Below are positions 22,929 to 32,981 of a stretch of 64,000 bases of DNA, one piece after another. The notes beneath the pieces were generated by a model, which ran no database searches, was not told the DNA's origin, and worked only from the letters and a program-made list of their open reading frames with translations. The translations under genes and the position numbers were made by a program. Source of the DNA: Schizochytrium sp. TIO01 (lineage: Eukaryota > Protista > Bigyra: Labyrinthulomycetes); NCBI GenBank assembly GCA_004764695.1, contig SMSO01000014.1, positions 5,280,845-5,344,844 on the forward strand, given 5' to 3'. Position 1 is the stretch's first letter. Every line of letters begins with the position of its first letter.

Positions 22929-23033
22929 TTCCTTAACGACTTGGAGAATCTGCTTGAATACATGCAAGTTATTTTCCTTAACGACTTGGAGAATCTGCTT
23001 GAATACATGCAAGTTATTTTCCTTAACGACTTG
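22929..23033. repeat. Perfect 45-bp in-frame tandem repeat, ~2.3 copies
   Basis: Encodes QVVKENNLHVFKQIL twice plus QVVKE. Confidence 0.95.
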
Positions 23034-23422
23034 AATAATGAGATCTTCGTCGACAACCACTTTTCGGTCATGAATCATTCTAATGGCGGCCTCATCGCGT
23101 TGGCTTCGGACCAGATCCGTAAACATAGCCTGATACAGCAGTTTTTTGGTTTCATCATCAAGTTGATTGTTTTCTCTCAGAAACGTATGCAGATCCTGAT
23201 ACGGGTCATAATCATCTCGTTGGCGTTTTCCCAGACCTGTAAACATAATCCGATCCGTCACTTCGTAGGCTGTCTCTGGGCCTGACTCTCATAGAATAAT
23301 CCATAGCGATTTTTACTTATTAGTAATCCCTTACAATTTCTATACATCGGTAGGAAATTGGTTAGGTTGCATCCTTTTTTTTGGAAGGTTAGGGCTGACT
23401 AGATGCGTGAGTTGGCTCAAGG

Positions 23423-23490
23423 TAGGGTTTTGCTTTGATCAAAGTTCGAAATTTGCATTTTAGGTTTAAACAAGCTAACTAACTACCGTT
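23423..23490 (-). repeat. Island intergenic repeat, copy 3 (full)
   Basis: tagggttttgctttgatcaaagttcgaaatttgcattttaggtttaaacaagctaactaactaccgtt. Confidence 0.9.
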
Positions 23491-23693
23491 CTGAGAAGGT
23501 CACATATGGAAACTTGGTTCCTCCGTGACAGTTTGACCGATACTCGAGCGGGCCGTCTGAAAGGGCCGTAAGCTGGTATATTTTGAAGGTCGGGGGGTTC
23601 CCTTTGAATTGTTAAATCTCCGAATAGGTCTTTACGTTTCAGGAATGTCCAGTCTACCAAGCAATGTCTCACCATACCCTTTTGGTTGTCGAT
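23491..23693 (-). pseudogene. Internal fragment paralogous to the 20485-21340 gene, enclosed between two repeats
   Basis: Translates ...VDWTFLKRKDLF..., versus TDWTFLNRKNIF in ORF 20942..21340. Confidence 0.55.
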
Positions 23694-23741
23694 GGTTTGG
23701 TTCGAAATTTGCATTTTAATTCCAACAAGTTAACTACCGTT
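23694..23741 (-). repeat. Island intergenic repeat, copy 4 (partial)
   Basis: gttcgaaatttgcattttaattccaacaagttaactaccgtt aligns to copy 3, lacking one TAAC unit. Confidence 0.85.
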
Positions 23742-23950
23742 GTAAAAATTCCACGTCCACTTTGTACTTCTTGCACGTGTCGAAGCATTGCAAGGTGGGG
23801 ACGATTCGTCCCAAAAAGCACATGTTTACACACGAGTTCAGCTTGCAAGAACAAGCTCGAAGGTCCTCTTATGCAACGGGATACTACCAATTAAAGTATA
23901 TATTAGCTGTTCAGTTCTTCTGGATTTAAGCACCACCATCACCAGTAACT

Positions 23951-24469
23951 ATGTCATTTAGTACCAAAACAACGGCGAACGTTTTCTTCAAGAGGTTGTT
24001 CACTGGTAGTTGTAGCATTAAGCATCCATTGGTAAATAATTATAACCAATCTCACCCTTGGATAACTCAAACATGTGCGCTCGTCGGTCCACGGCCAGTG
24101 GATCTTAAACTTCACTACATTCAATACCGTTCAGATTTTGAACGTAGGCGTGAAATCATGGACTTACTTCGCATTCCCCGCAAAGACAAAATGGAAATTC
24201 ACACGCTTTTCGATACTCTCACCAATGTATACGTTCCGGAGGGGTATGCTTTCATGATGGACCTCCCAACTAACGATTATGTAGCACCTCTACGAGGAAA
24301 TTTCCTCATTTCACATATTGAGATAGGCACACCCTTGAATCGTGGAGATATTAGTGATACTATTGATATTTTCAGGGAGATCCAAGCCAACCACATGAAA
24401 GAATCTAAACAATACCACGCTAGTACAATGGTACAATATATCAATGCACTTGATCAAAAGCTGAGTTAG
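23951..24469 (+). CDS. Hypothetical protein (ORFan, 172 aa)
   Basis: ATG ORF after a C/A-rich leader; its TAG stop lies inside repeat fragment 24460-24480. Confidence 0.55.
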   Translation: MSFSTKTTANVFFKRLFTGSCSIKHPLVNNYNQSHPWITQTCALVGPRPVDLKLHYIQYRSDFERRREIMDLLRIPRKDKMEIHTLFDTLTNVYVPEGYAFMMDLPTNDYVAPLRGNFLISHIEIGTPLNRGDISDTIDIFREIQANHMKESKQYHASTMVQYINALDQKLS

Positions 24470-24480
24470 GGTTTTGCTTT
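24460..24480 (-). repeat. Island intergenic repeat, copy 5 (21-bp end fragment)
   Basis: gctgagttagggttttgcttt is identical to 21398-21418. Confidence 0.8.
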
Positions 24481-24543
24481 CTTTCAATAAAAATATTTAT
24501 ATATAAATCACTTGTAAGTTGCACAAGTCAAACCGAACCTCCA

Positions 24544-24891
24544 ATGGCGCCACCACCACCAGCGGACATGGCCTTCCCGGGCAGCAACCGGACCCACCTC
24601 AGGATTGCTGGCATGTCTCCCTCCGATGTCTATGTTTGCCGCGACCAGATTAGTCCAGTCATAATGGATGACCACAATGTCCTCCGTGCCTTTTTGCGCA
24701 AGAGGACATCTCCCAGCGACATTGTGTACCAGTTCAATCCAGGCGATAAGATAACACTAACTCGGTATGACAGCAAGATCAAGACCCAATTTCGGGCCGT
24801 GTTTGAAATTGTTCAGGCCACCTACGATCTGAGCCCAGCCACGAGGAATCTCAAACGAGATGTCGTCGACCTTGTCTTGACACGGGTTTAG
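24544..24891 (+). CDS. Hypothetical protein (ORFan, 115 aa)
   Basis: ATG ORF with coding-like composition after a C/A-rich leader. Confidence 0.55.
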   Translation: MAPPPPADMAFPGSNRTHLRIAGMSPSDVYVCRDQISPVIMDDHNVLRAFLRKRTSPSDIVYQFNPGDKITLTRYDSKIKTQFRAVFEIVQATYDLSPATRNLKRDVVDLVLTRV

Positions 24892-24893
24892 AT

Positions 24894-25221
24894 TTACCCT
24901 ACAAAGACTATTGAGTCTTCCACCGCAAGATCTCTTAACTCCTCTCTTGATATGTGCGGCAGCAAATCTCGCAAATCGGACCCAACTAACACTAATTCAT
25001 TTATAGTTTAAGGCTATCAATATTATTAACTAAACCACCGTTGAAGGAAGAGTCCTTACTCTTAAAGGAGAGCATCTTCTGAAAAAGATTGTCGAAATCT
25101 ACTTCCTCACGTTGGCACCAACCTTCCATTGCTATCGGCATTAGGTTTTCCATAGTTCTATTATCAGCGGGATCAACACCACGACTATGATACCTTGAAG
25201 TATGATCCAGATTCTATACAT
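24894..25221 (-). pseudogene. ORFan family A copy 2, frameshifted (absent from ORF track)
   Basis: Reconstructs as ...DFDNLFQKMLSFK...IDSLK / TINELVLVGSDLRDLLPHISREELRDLAVEDSIVFVG*, aligning with NNRLILVVADLNKLCNELSKDELKSV of copy 1. Confidence 0.55.
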
Positions 25222-25284
25222 TATTGATTTAATTAAAAAAAATAGAAAAAAAGAAGAAAATACGAAAAAGGGTCAGAATCACTC

Positions 25285-25431
25285 TTGCGAGTTAGAGGTG
25301 TGTTTCTATCAATCCTTTAGCTTGGGTAATAAATCAGGTCAAAAGCGCATCAACGCGTTGCAAGCTAGAAGTGTGTTTCGATTCAGTCCTTTAACTTAGG
25401 TAATAAATTAGGTTGAAAGCGTAACAACGCG
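25285..25431. repeat. Imperfect ~73-bp tandem repeat, 2 copies
   Basis: 25285-25357 and 25358-25431 align along their length (ttgc.ag.taga.gtgtgtttc...tccttta.ctt.ggtaataaat.aggt..aaagcg...caacgcg). Confidence 0.85.
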
Positions 25432-25457
25432 AGGCAGGTCAAAATAAACGAACTGAT

Positions 25458-25491
25458 TACCTAGGTACTACGTATACCTAGGTACTACGTA
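25458..25491. repeat. Perfect 17-bp tandem duplication TACCTAGGTACTACGTA x2
   Basis: Read directly from the sequence. Confidence 0.9.
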
Positions 25492-28400
25492 TTTGAGATT
25501 GAAAAAATTAGAAAACTTTGAAATATTTTAAAAGCAGCAGAACAGTGTGTTCCCACACACGCCATTGAGCAACTGTCGACTGAAGTTTTCATTAATTTTT
25601 GCAAGGTCCTGTCTCCTCACTCGCTCGAACTGAGTTGAGTGCGGCTCCAAAAACAACTCAACCTTTTCCCTTTTGCGTCCCCAGCTGCAATAGTAACTTC
25701 CCTGTCAATGTCAGGACTTGAATTTGGATTTGGCAATCATTGCTCTATAATTTTCACAAGCAAAAACAGAAAGCCTAATCTTAGTAGGCATAGTGCTATT
25801 CTTGTAAAGAACATTATAAATTACTTTTCATAAAAAGTTTTGGAAACATAATGTTTTAATTAATACTATCCTCTGTCGTTCATTCACCTACCTAACCTAA
25901 CCGAAGCTACATGCGTGCGAGGTACCTTACAACCAAGTTATAAAAAAAGCAGCCGATTCCAGAGCTTGAGGGTCTATATGTTAGCTACTACCTTTGTTTG
26001 TGTAAGTCAGCACGCTGGATCGCCGACCCTGGTGAATAATTCACACGCTCAAAAAATGTTATTAACTGTGGTAGTAGGTAGTACTAACCATCTACGATTG
26101 GTAGGTAGGTAGTATGATTTTAACTCTTCAAATTTCACTGGCAAATGTAGCTAATTAGCACTCTGCTGCTGAGTGTGTCACAATACGTGTTCGTGTTCGA
26201 GTGAACCCTCGATAATGTCCATGAAGGTTACCTTTTATAAAAGATTAATTGCATATATCAACGGTTCTGCATTTCGACGAAGTAACTCCATCATGCATGC
26301 GTAGCAAAAGACTACGCCATATAAAATTTGGAAATGAGAAAGGTTGCTTAATCTCCAGCACTTTCTAACCCACATGAAAACTTGAAACTTGAGCTTCGTT
26401 GCATAGATTCACTCGCTCAGTTTTGCGCGTTCCTCGTATTTTACCAATTGTTAAACCCAGATTTAGGATAAAAAAGTATGGCGGCTCCTCATCTAAGCAT
26501 ATTTGCTTTGTAAGGTGAATACTGGAAGCGGCAAATTTGGCCGATGGCCATTCTAGGTATTACCTAAGAGGTATCAGTTCATCCAAAAGCTTGTACGTTT
26601 GATAACAGCTGAATTGTGATAGTCTACGTTGCAAGGCTAGCAAGGTGGGGGGTGCTTACAACTCAGAGAGGTCTAAACTAATTCTCTTGAGAGCGAAGGG
26701 GATTACGGATAGTCTAGCTTACAAACACCGCAGTAACGAAAGGAGATGCGAAGATAGAGCACTATCACTTTTGCCTATTTCCAGTTTTGCACAATACAGG
26801 ATTGAGATACATTGATACCGTGGCAGCCAAAAGTATTTAGTACTAAGATCCAGCAAGCAAATTACGTTGACTTTACCTATATAAAAAGGCTGTGGCGAAC
26901 AATGATACGACAGAAAGCTGAGTAGCGACTCGATGGTGCATGTGGATCAGATTATGCAGCTTCTGCAAGCAAAAGAAAGAACTACAGTCTCTGTACCTCT
27001 AAGAAATGTGCATGAAGAGTAGGAAGTGAGTAGTATCATCTATCGCAATAGTCACCTTTATATTTTAAAGTCTGCAGTTGGAATCCTTCGTGTTGGAAAG
27101 AGTGGAATGTGATTGATATCGAGCGATGACCTTTGAAAAAAAGTAATTATTACAACAACAGGTAGTTAGGCATGCCTCAACTAGTATTCTGGATATCAAA
27201 AGTTGTACCGACAGTTTCCTTTTGTTTGAATGATGAAAAGCACCATTGGGTGATCTCATTTTTTTTCACTCACTAGCGTTAATTTCAAATGTGTACGATC
27301 GCTGAGTAGATTGCTATTTTTAAGGTCTTTTCATAGTTTACCCTAGCTGATGAACACTTTGGAGAGTATAAACTACAGAATCAACTAGGCAACTTTTAAA
27401 GAGTACAGGCTTTGAGGTTTGGTATTGATCTGTTATCGTGAAATTTTCATAAAGGAGTCCTATGGAGATAAGCGTAATGTAAAAGTAGAAACGTTGGGAA
27501 AGTCTGTGACCCCTTCCTAGACTGTGTTTATAGCTTGTTGTGAAGAATCTCTTTTTATTGTTGTTTTTTATCTTGGCAATCTCCAATTTTTGGAGGTTAG
27601 TTTACAAGTTGTAGAAAGTTGGTGTAGGGTAAGTAAAATTATCTTTTTCTTTCTGAAGCTACCTGAATACCATTGTTCTAAAGGTTCGAGGGTATTTTAG
27701 ATATTTAAAAGCCGAGGAAAGTTTTAATCGAACAGAGTATTGTAGTGCTAGCAGAGATGACATCGACATACGTCTTGCTAGCCCAATAACCTCGCGTTGT
27801 GGTAGCTAACTCTGATTGTACCAGCAAATCACACATTTACACATTTATCCATCTGATGGAAAGGATTTGAGCCATCGAATAACTGATAAAGAGTTGCCAA
27901 AATTCATGGAGAGGACTCTCAAAGAAGATGACTTCTTTGATAGAGTTGAGTATTCAAACAGCAAAGGAATGTTAGACATGTCCTCTTCTGACTCCTCCGC
28001 AGATTTCTTACTCATCGAGATTTCTCAAATGACTACTACGGCGTAGTGGCGGCGCCATTGAATGAAATCCTTTGAAGCTATTCTTTCTAGCCAATTCCAA
28101 GTTTGCTGTGTAGAGTTCAAGGTTCCTGACAGCCTCAGCACTTGTGACCTGGGCACTCTCAGAGGTTGCTCCTATTATTGCTTGGAGTTTTATTGGGTTC
28201 AAATACAAAAACAGCTTTTGTTGAAAGCCTCAAAGAACGCATGAAAGAACAGTGTAATCTCGAAGGAACGGGCTTTCACTAGACAAATATAGACTTTACA
28301 TACTAATCAGTATGGTGGTATACTATACTGCGTAGTGAGAGGTAATTGTTCAAAGTAAAGAACTCCTCGCGTAGTGCCCAATAGAGTTTCCTTTAAGTGG

Positions 28401-30763
28401 TACCTAGGAGAAGTGAGCGGCAGTGGTGGCAGCATCATCTTCGATTGCTCTACGTTCATTCATTTTCCATTCACGGAGCTAGCCAAGGTAAGTTGACACG
28501 ACGCACGCTGGCTTTGCTTGCGCAGAGCTGGGGGCGCATGTTGCATACACTCAGGGAACAGTTTCCTTAGTGTGGGTGGTGTCGTTGCTACTGTCTGCAG
28601 TGGATCCAGGGTGCTATTGCAAAGAATGTAGGAGTTCATCATCCTAAATTACTTTGCTTTGCGCAGGTTTGGTCTTGTCGCTTCTCTGCTCTTCCTTAGG
28701 CCAAGGTAGAGTTGAGAGGGATTTTTGGGCAATCACAATTTATATTCTTTATTTCTCTGGCTGTCTGGCGGCTCGCGTCCTCTTGTCTCGTTTACTTTCC
28801 TTCCCTTCGCTCAGGTGCGGCAGCGTTTAATCTCGATCAACCTAGTAGGGAACCTAGGCAACACAAACAGACCACAGCAACAACAATATCAGTGACAGCG
28901 ACAGCGACAGCGACAGCAACAGTGCCAAAAGGCAACAAAACATTGCAGATTGGAGTGGTGGAGAGAAACAGCGCCTTTGTCATAGGAGACGACTTTGAGC
29001 TAGCCGAGATGATTAGTCAGACCTCCTGACGCTTCTGGTTCTTAATTTCCTTCATTCTTCTTGATGGTTGTTGTCATTCGTTCTGGGATGTGGTTGCTGT
29101 TGAGACATTCCCCGCTCTATGCTTTTGGATTTGCTTAGGGTTTAATGTGTTGTAATGTGTTGTATGAGCAAATGGGTTCTGAGGTCTGGTGTAGAAACAA
29201 AATGAGACACACAAAGAAAGTTAGTTAGCATAGTACTGCAACGGGAGGCCGAGAGATGTAGATAAGCAGATCTACAAAGAATTAAAAAAAAACAAGAGAA
29301 GTGCAAGCAAGTTTAAAACCAATTGGAGGACATGGTTTTGTACCCTCATGTGTGCCTATGGCTTTTTCGTTTTCTGAGATCGGATGAGTGCTTCGTGAAG
29401 GATGTAAAGTTCAAGCTTGAGATCATCATGTTTAAAAAACATCATATCTCCATTCATCCTATCTCCTGTTGTTTCATCTCACTCACCAATTCAATAATTC
29501 ACTGATCACGCGGATCTTTCGACCGAGGATCAAAGTGAAGTCTGTGTGGTCTAAAATGATATTTGTATAATGGCTATGGGACTCGTTGTTACCTGACGAT
29601 TAGATGATCTGGAAGTTGCAATTGGATGAAACGGATTTGCTTCACTGCACCGCATTTGCCCATTGCCTTCAGCCATCATCCCAACGCAATACCATCACAA
29701 ATGGAAAATATGCAAGTTCTCGCTTCATTCTTCCCGCACTCCACCACTATGTCTATCTATTTCTCGTTCTGTTCTCGTGTTCTGTTCTTTTATGCACATT
29801 TGCTTTGCTGTGGATCCTGGCCCCTTCTTTTGTTTGTCTCGCTCTTCGTCTCCGTTGTACTTGCTCATGGGCTTTTCCCTCCTCTTCTCACTGTTATTTT
29901 CAGGTCTCTAGATAGGTTCCTGTGTGGAGAAGGCCTTATGGCGAGAAGTGTTGCGCTCATTCTGCGGCACTTTCCTTAGGGATTTCTGCAGAGAACCAGT
30001 CTTTTGGTTCTTGACGAATCGTGGAATCCATCCGTCTAAATAGAGGTGTTAGATTCTTCTTTCTTGGACTTGACATCATCTCTCTGCGTACCGCTCGAGT
30101 GAGTTGCGCTTGAGCTCTTCGTTGCTCTTCGCTGCGTTTCCTTTGTCAATTCCGCATTGATTGTGGCGTCTTCCGCTCTCTCTGTGTGCCATCGTAATGA
30201 GATCTCAAGACCAAAAATGACAGCGCGATGAGTTTCCTTTCAATTCGCATTACAATTCGCACTGCAAAAACTAAACTAAGTTCGTGCTCGCTCTTTCTTT
30301 CTCCTGTCTTCCGCACGAGTGCCAAAATGTGAGTAGGCGCTGGAAATGCTGATGACAGTTGTGATGATTTTGATGACGATAAATCGAATGAGCATGAGCA
30401 GCATGAACATGAGAAGAAGAATGAATGAATGACTTCGCGGAGTTTTTCTTTTTCCTATCAGAAAGAACACTCTAAGTGCAGCTACAATGCAATAGGTTGC
30501 TTAGCAAGTAGCTGCTGATTAGATAGTAGCTCGCTAGCAGGGCCTTAGCAGTGCGATGCTTTTAGTTCATTCATTCAATGGTCAGCGCAGAAAAAGAAAG
30601 AAAGAAGGAAAAACAGAAAGGAAGAAGCAACACTTTGTTCCCATGCTCAAGGGCTATGGATACAGGTAGGGACATCTTAGTCGGAAGAAAGCACGGAGGA
30701 CGTGATGAAAAAGAAAAGAAGAAGAATAGAGAAAGAGGAGAGAAACAAATAAAAGAACAGTGG

Positions 30764-30776
30764 CAGCAGCAGCAGC

Positions 30777-30835
<59 letters not shown>
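30764..30835. repeat. (CAG)4(CAA)20 microsatellite
   Basis: Read directly from the sequence. Confidence 0.95.
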
Positions 30836-30837
<2 letters not shown>

Positions 30838-31160
30838 ACGTGAGAGACAGTGGCGAGAACAGCGAGAACAACAGCGACTAGAACAGGAAAAGGGAACGTG
30901 CTGTTCTTTTGTGGTTGTGATTTTTGTCGTCGTTGTTGTTATTAATACATATGTTGCTGTAGGTGTTGGTTATGTTTTATGCTTCAGGCTGTGTCTTCCT
31001 TGGGTTGGCTTGCTATGTTTGTGTTGCTCGCAATTTCATAGACTGCTCGTAACACGAAGAAAGCAAAGTCCATCAATGACAGACAGACTCTGAGAGCAAA
31101 ACAAAGAACAACAGAGAAATTATGAGAGAGATGAGGAGAAGTCGAGAAAAAACCTGGAAA

Positions 31161-31203
31161 AAAGAAAAGAAAAGAAAAGAAAAGAAAAGAAAAGAAAAGA
31201 AAG
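31161..31203. repeat. (AAAGA)n microsatellite
   Basis: Read directly; about 8 copies. Confidence 0.9.
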
Positions 31204-31702
31204 AAGGAAAGAAAAGGAAAGAGAAAGAGAAGAGAGTGTTGAAGAGAGAGAGAGAGAGACAGATATAGAGCGACTGTAGACCACCACCATCTCACCTTCT
31301 TGGCATCGTTCTCTGCCTGGTACTGCCATCGCAGAAACCGGCTAGAGTCCAATTGACAACTAAAGGGACATACTTGACTAACTCAAATACGTACGCACGC
31401 TGCTTCGTTCTGGACGATCATCACCATCTTCTCTTGGGAACCGACGCTTGCAACTCTGTTTTACGTTCTTTCTTTTCTTGATTGATTGATCGATTCATTG
31501 TTTGACTGATTGATTGACTGATTGTGATTGATCAATCTATTGGTCCTTCAAACCACTTACATACAACCAAACAAACACCACAGCCAACCCTCCTCGATCA
31601 AGACTTCCTTGCTCGAGTTCGCAGTTCACTTAGGAAGTTGATCAAAGTATCACTCAAAGGGCTTAAACTTGTCACAGCGACACTTAACAAACACCTTTTA
31701 CA

Positions 31703-32359
31703 ATGTCTACCGAGGAACGCGATGCTGGCGACATGTACGCCCTTGGCGGTGCAGCCGGCGGTGCTGCCAACGAGTACGATGGCTACAGCTACCAGGCCCC
31801 TAACCCGTTCGCCAATCTTGGCTCTGTAAACCCCAACACCCTTTCCCCCATGTTTGGTGGCGTTCAGGGTGGTGCTGGTGCTGGTGCTGCTACTGGTGCC
31901 TACAAGCCAGAATACCTCTACTATGAGCCCAAGGCCTGGCACGAGCGCATGTGCTACAACAGTGGTATCGCATACCTTGGAGGTATCGCTCTTGGTGGCT
32001 CATTTGGTGTTGTAAACGGTCTCCGCACTGCACCAAGCTCCAAGTTCAAGATCCGTGTCAACAGCATTCTCAACAAGAGTGGCCGCTACGGCTCTCGCTT
32101 CGGTAACGCCCTCGGCGCCCTCGCCATGATGTACTCTTGCATTGAAGCTTTCACTGAGACCATGCACATTGAGGACTACGTTGGTGGTGATGAGTTTGTG
32201 AACCCGGTCCTTGCTGCTACCCTCACTGGCCTCCTCTACAAGTGCACCCAGGGCCCCAAGACCATGGCTCTTGCTGGCATCATCGGCGGCACCACCGTGG
32301 CGGGTCTCGCAGGTGCTCGCAACTTCATGCGCAACTCTGGACGCTCAATGCTCTATTAG
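31703..32359 (+). CDS. TIM23: Mitochondrial inner membrane translocase subunit Tim23
   Basis: PEYL...W.ERMCYNSGIAYLGG..LGG..G...GL, KIRVNSILNKSGRYGSRFGNALGALAMMYS, LTGLLYKCTQG; strong codon bias. Confidence 0.93.
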   Translation: MSTEERDAGDMYALGGAAGGAANEYDGYSYQAPNPFANLGSVNPNTLSPMFGGVQGGAGAGAATGAYKPEYLYYEPKAWHERMCYNSGIAYLGGIALGGSFGVVNGLRTAPSSKFKIRVNSILNKSGRYGSRFGNALGALAMMYSCIEAFTETMHIEDYVGGDEFVNPVLAATLTGLLYKCTQGPKTMALAGIIGGTTVAGLAGARNFMRNSGRSMLY

Positions 32360-32981
32360 ATAAAGTAAATCTCTCTGTCGTTATATACCTGCTGCTGGGA
32401 GCTAGCTAGCTTGCGTCTCTGCTTGCTAAGGAAGGGACTGGATTCTGCGTGCACTCTTATTTTCCTGCCGCTCTCCTTCTTCTTCCGTGACAAACCAAAT
32501 TCGCACAACCGGATCATTGGAGACGAAAATAACAAGAATTGGTGGGGGGTGAATCGTTTAGATACGTCTTATTTGGGATCTCGCGCTCTTTTTACAAACG
32601 ATATCTTCTGTCATGTCTTCTTCGTTTTCCAGACATAACTAACTAATCATATAAATGAATTCATCAAACAAAGACACACAAAGTGTTCTTATCTTGGATC
32701 CTTTCCCTACCCGAAGCTCGCGAGTTTCATTGCAAACTACGTAGATGTGTACCAAGCCTCTGACGATAAGCAAATAAATAAAAATAGAGGATAATGTGGG
32801 CGCATGCATACGCAAGAGCGAGCATGATCTTGCGATTGACATGATTTATTTACGAAAGAGAAGATGTAGGGAGGATTTATTGCAAGATCCTAGTGAACTT
32901 CAAAAAACAAAAACACTATTTATGACAAACTAATTAGACTACAGAAATAGGTTTGCTACAAATTTGGGTGGCTAATAATAT

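Larger units (their letters stand above)
21525..23261 (-). pseudogene. Ankyrin-like helical-repeat gene interrupted by one in-frame TAA
   Basis: ORFs 22386..23261 and 21525..22277 are in the same frame. The intervening codons are open (CCVRLIFGCLPGGKLSIQDFASILSLLCENNRPEEI) and echo upstream EACEANRPQMLSVLLDKG. The 5' end also looks frameshifted. Confidence 0.65.
15910..25491. mobile_element. Putative endogenous large-DNA-virus-derived island, degenerate; boundaries approximate
   Basis: Dense short intronless ORFans with AT-rich spacers and C/A-rich leaders, internal paralogs, a shared intergenic repeat and several nonsense/frameshift lesions, unlike flanking host genes. No capsid, polymerase or integrase hallmark seen. 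Whether the kinase gene belongs to the island is uncertain. Confidence 0.55.

Noticed and set aside
21398-24480. CRISPR array or true integron attC sites
   Set aside because: Spacing is irregular and gene-sized; no cas or integrase gene; no attC-type inverted core; eukaryotic context.
25027-25043. Possible sixth copy of the island repeat (TAACTAAACCACCGTTG)
   Set aside because: Short, and lies within the coding remnant 24894-25221 (FNGGLVN).
15300-25620. Terminal inverted repeats or target-site duplication bounding the island
   Set aside because: Only scattered matches of 8 bp or less in inconsistent order; boundaries could not be fixed by eye.
30578-31352. PolyQ, polyL and Phe-rich ORFs
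   Set aside because: Translations of CAA, AAAGA and GA microsatellites.
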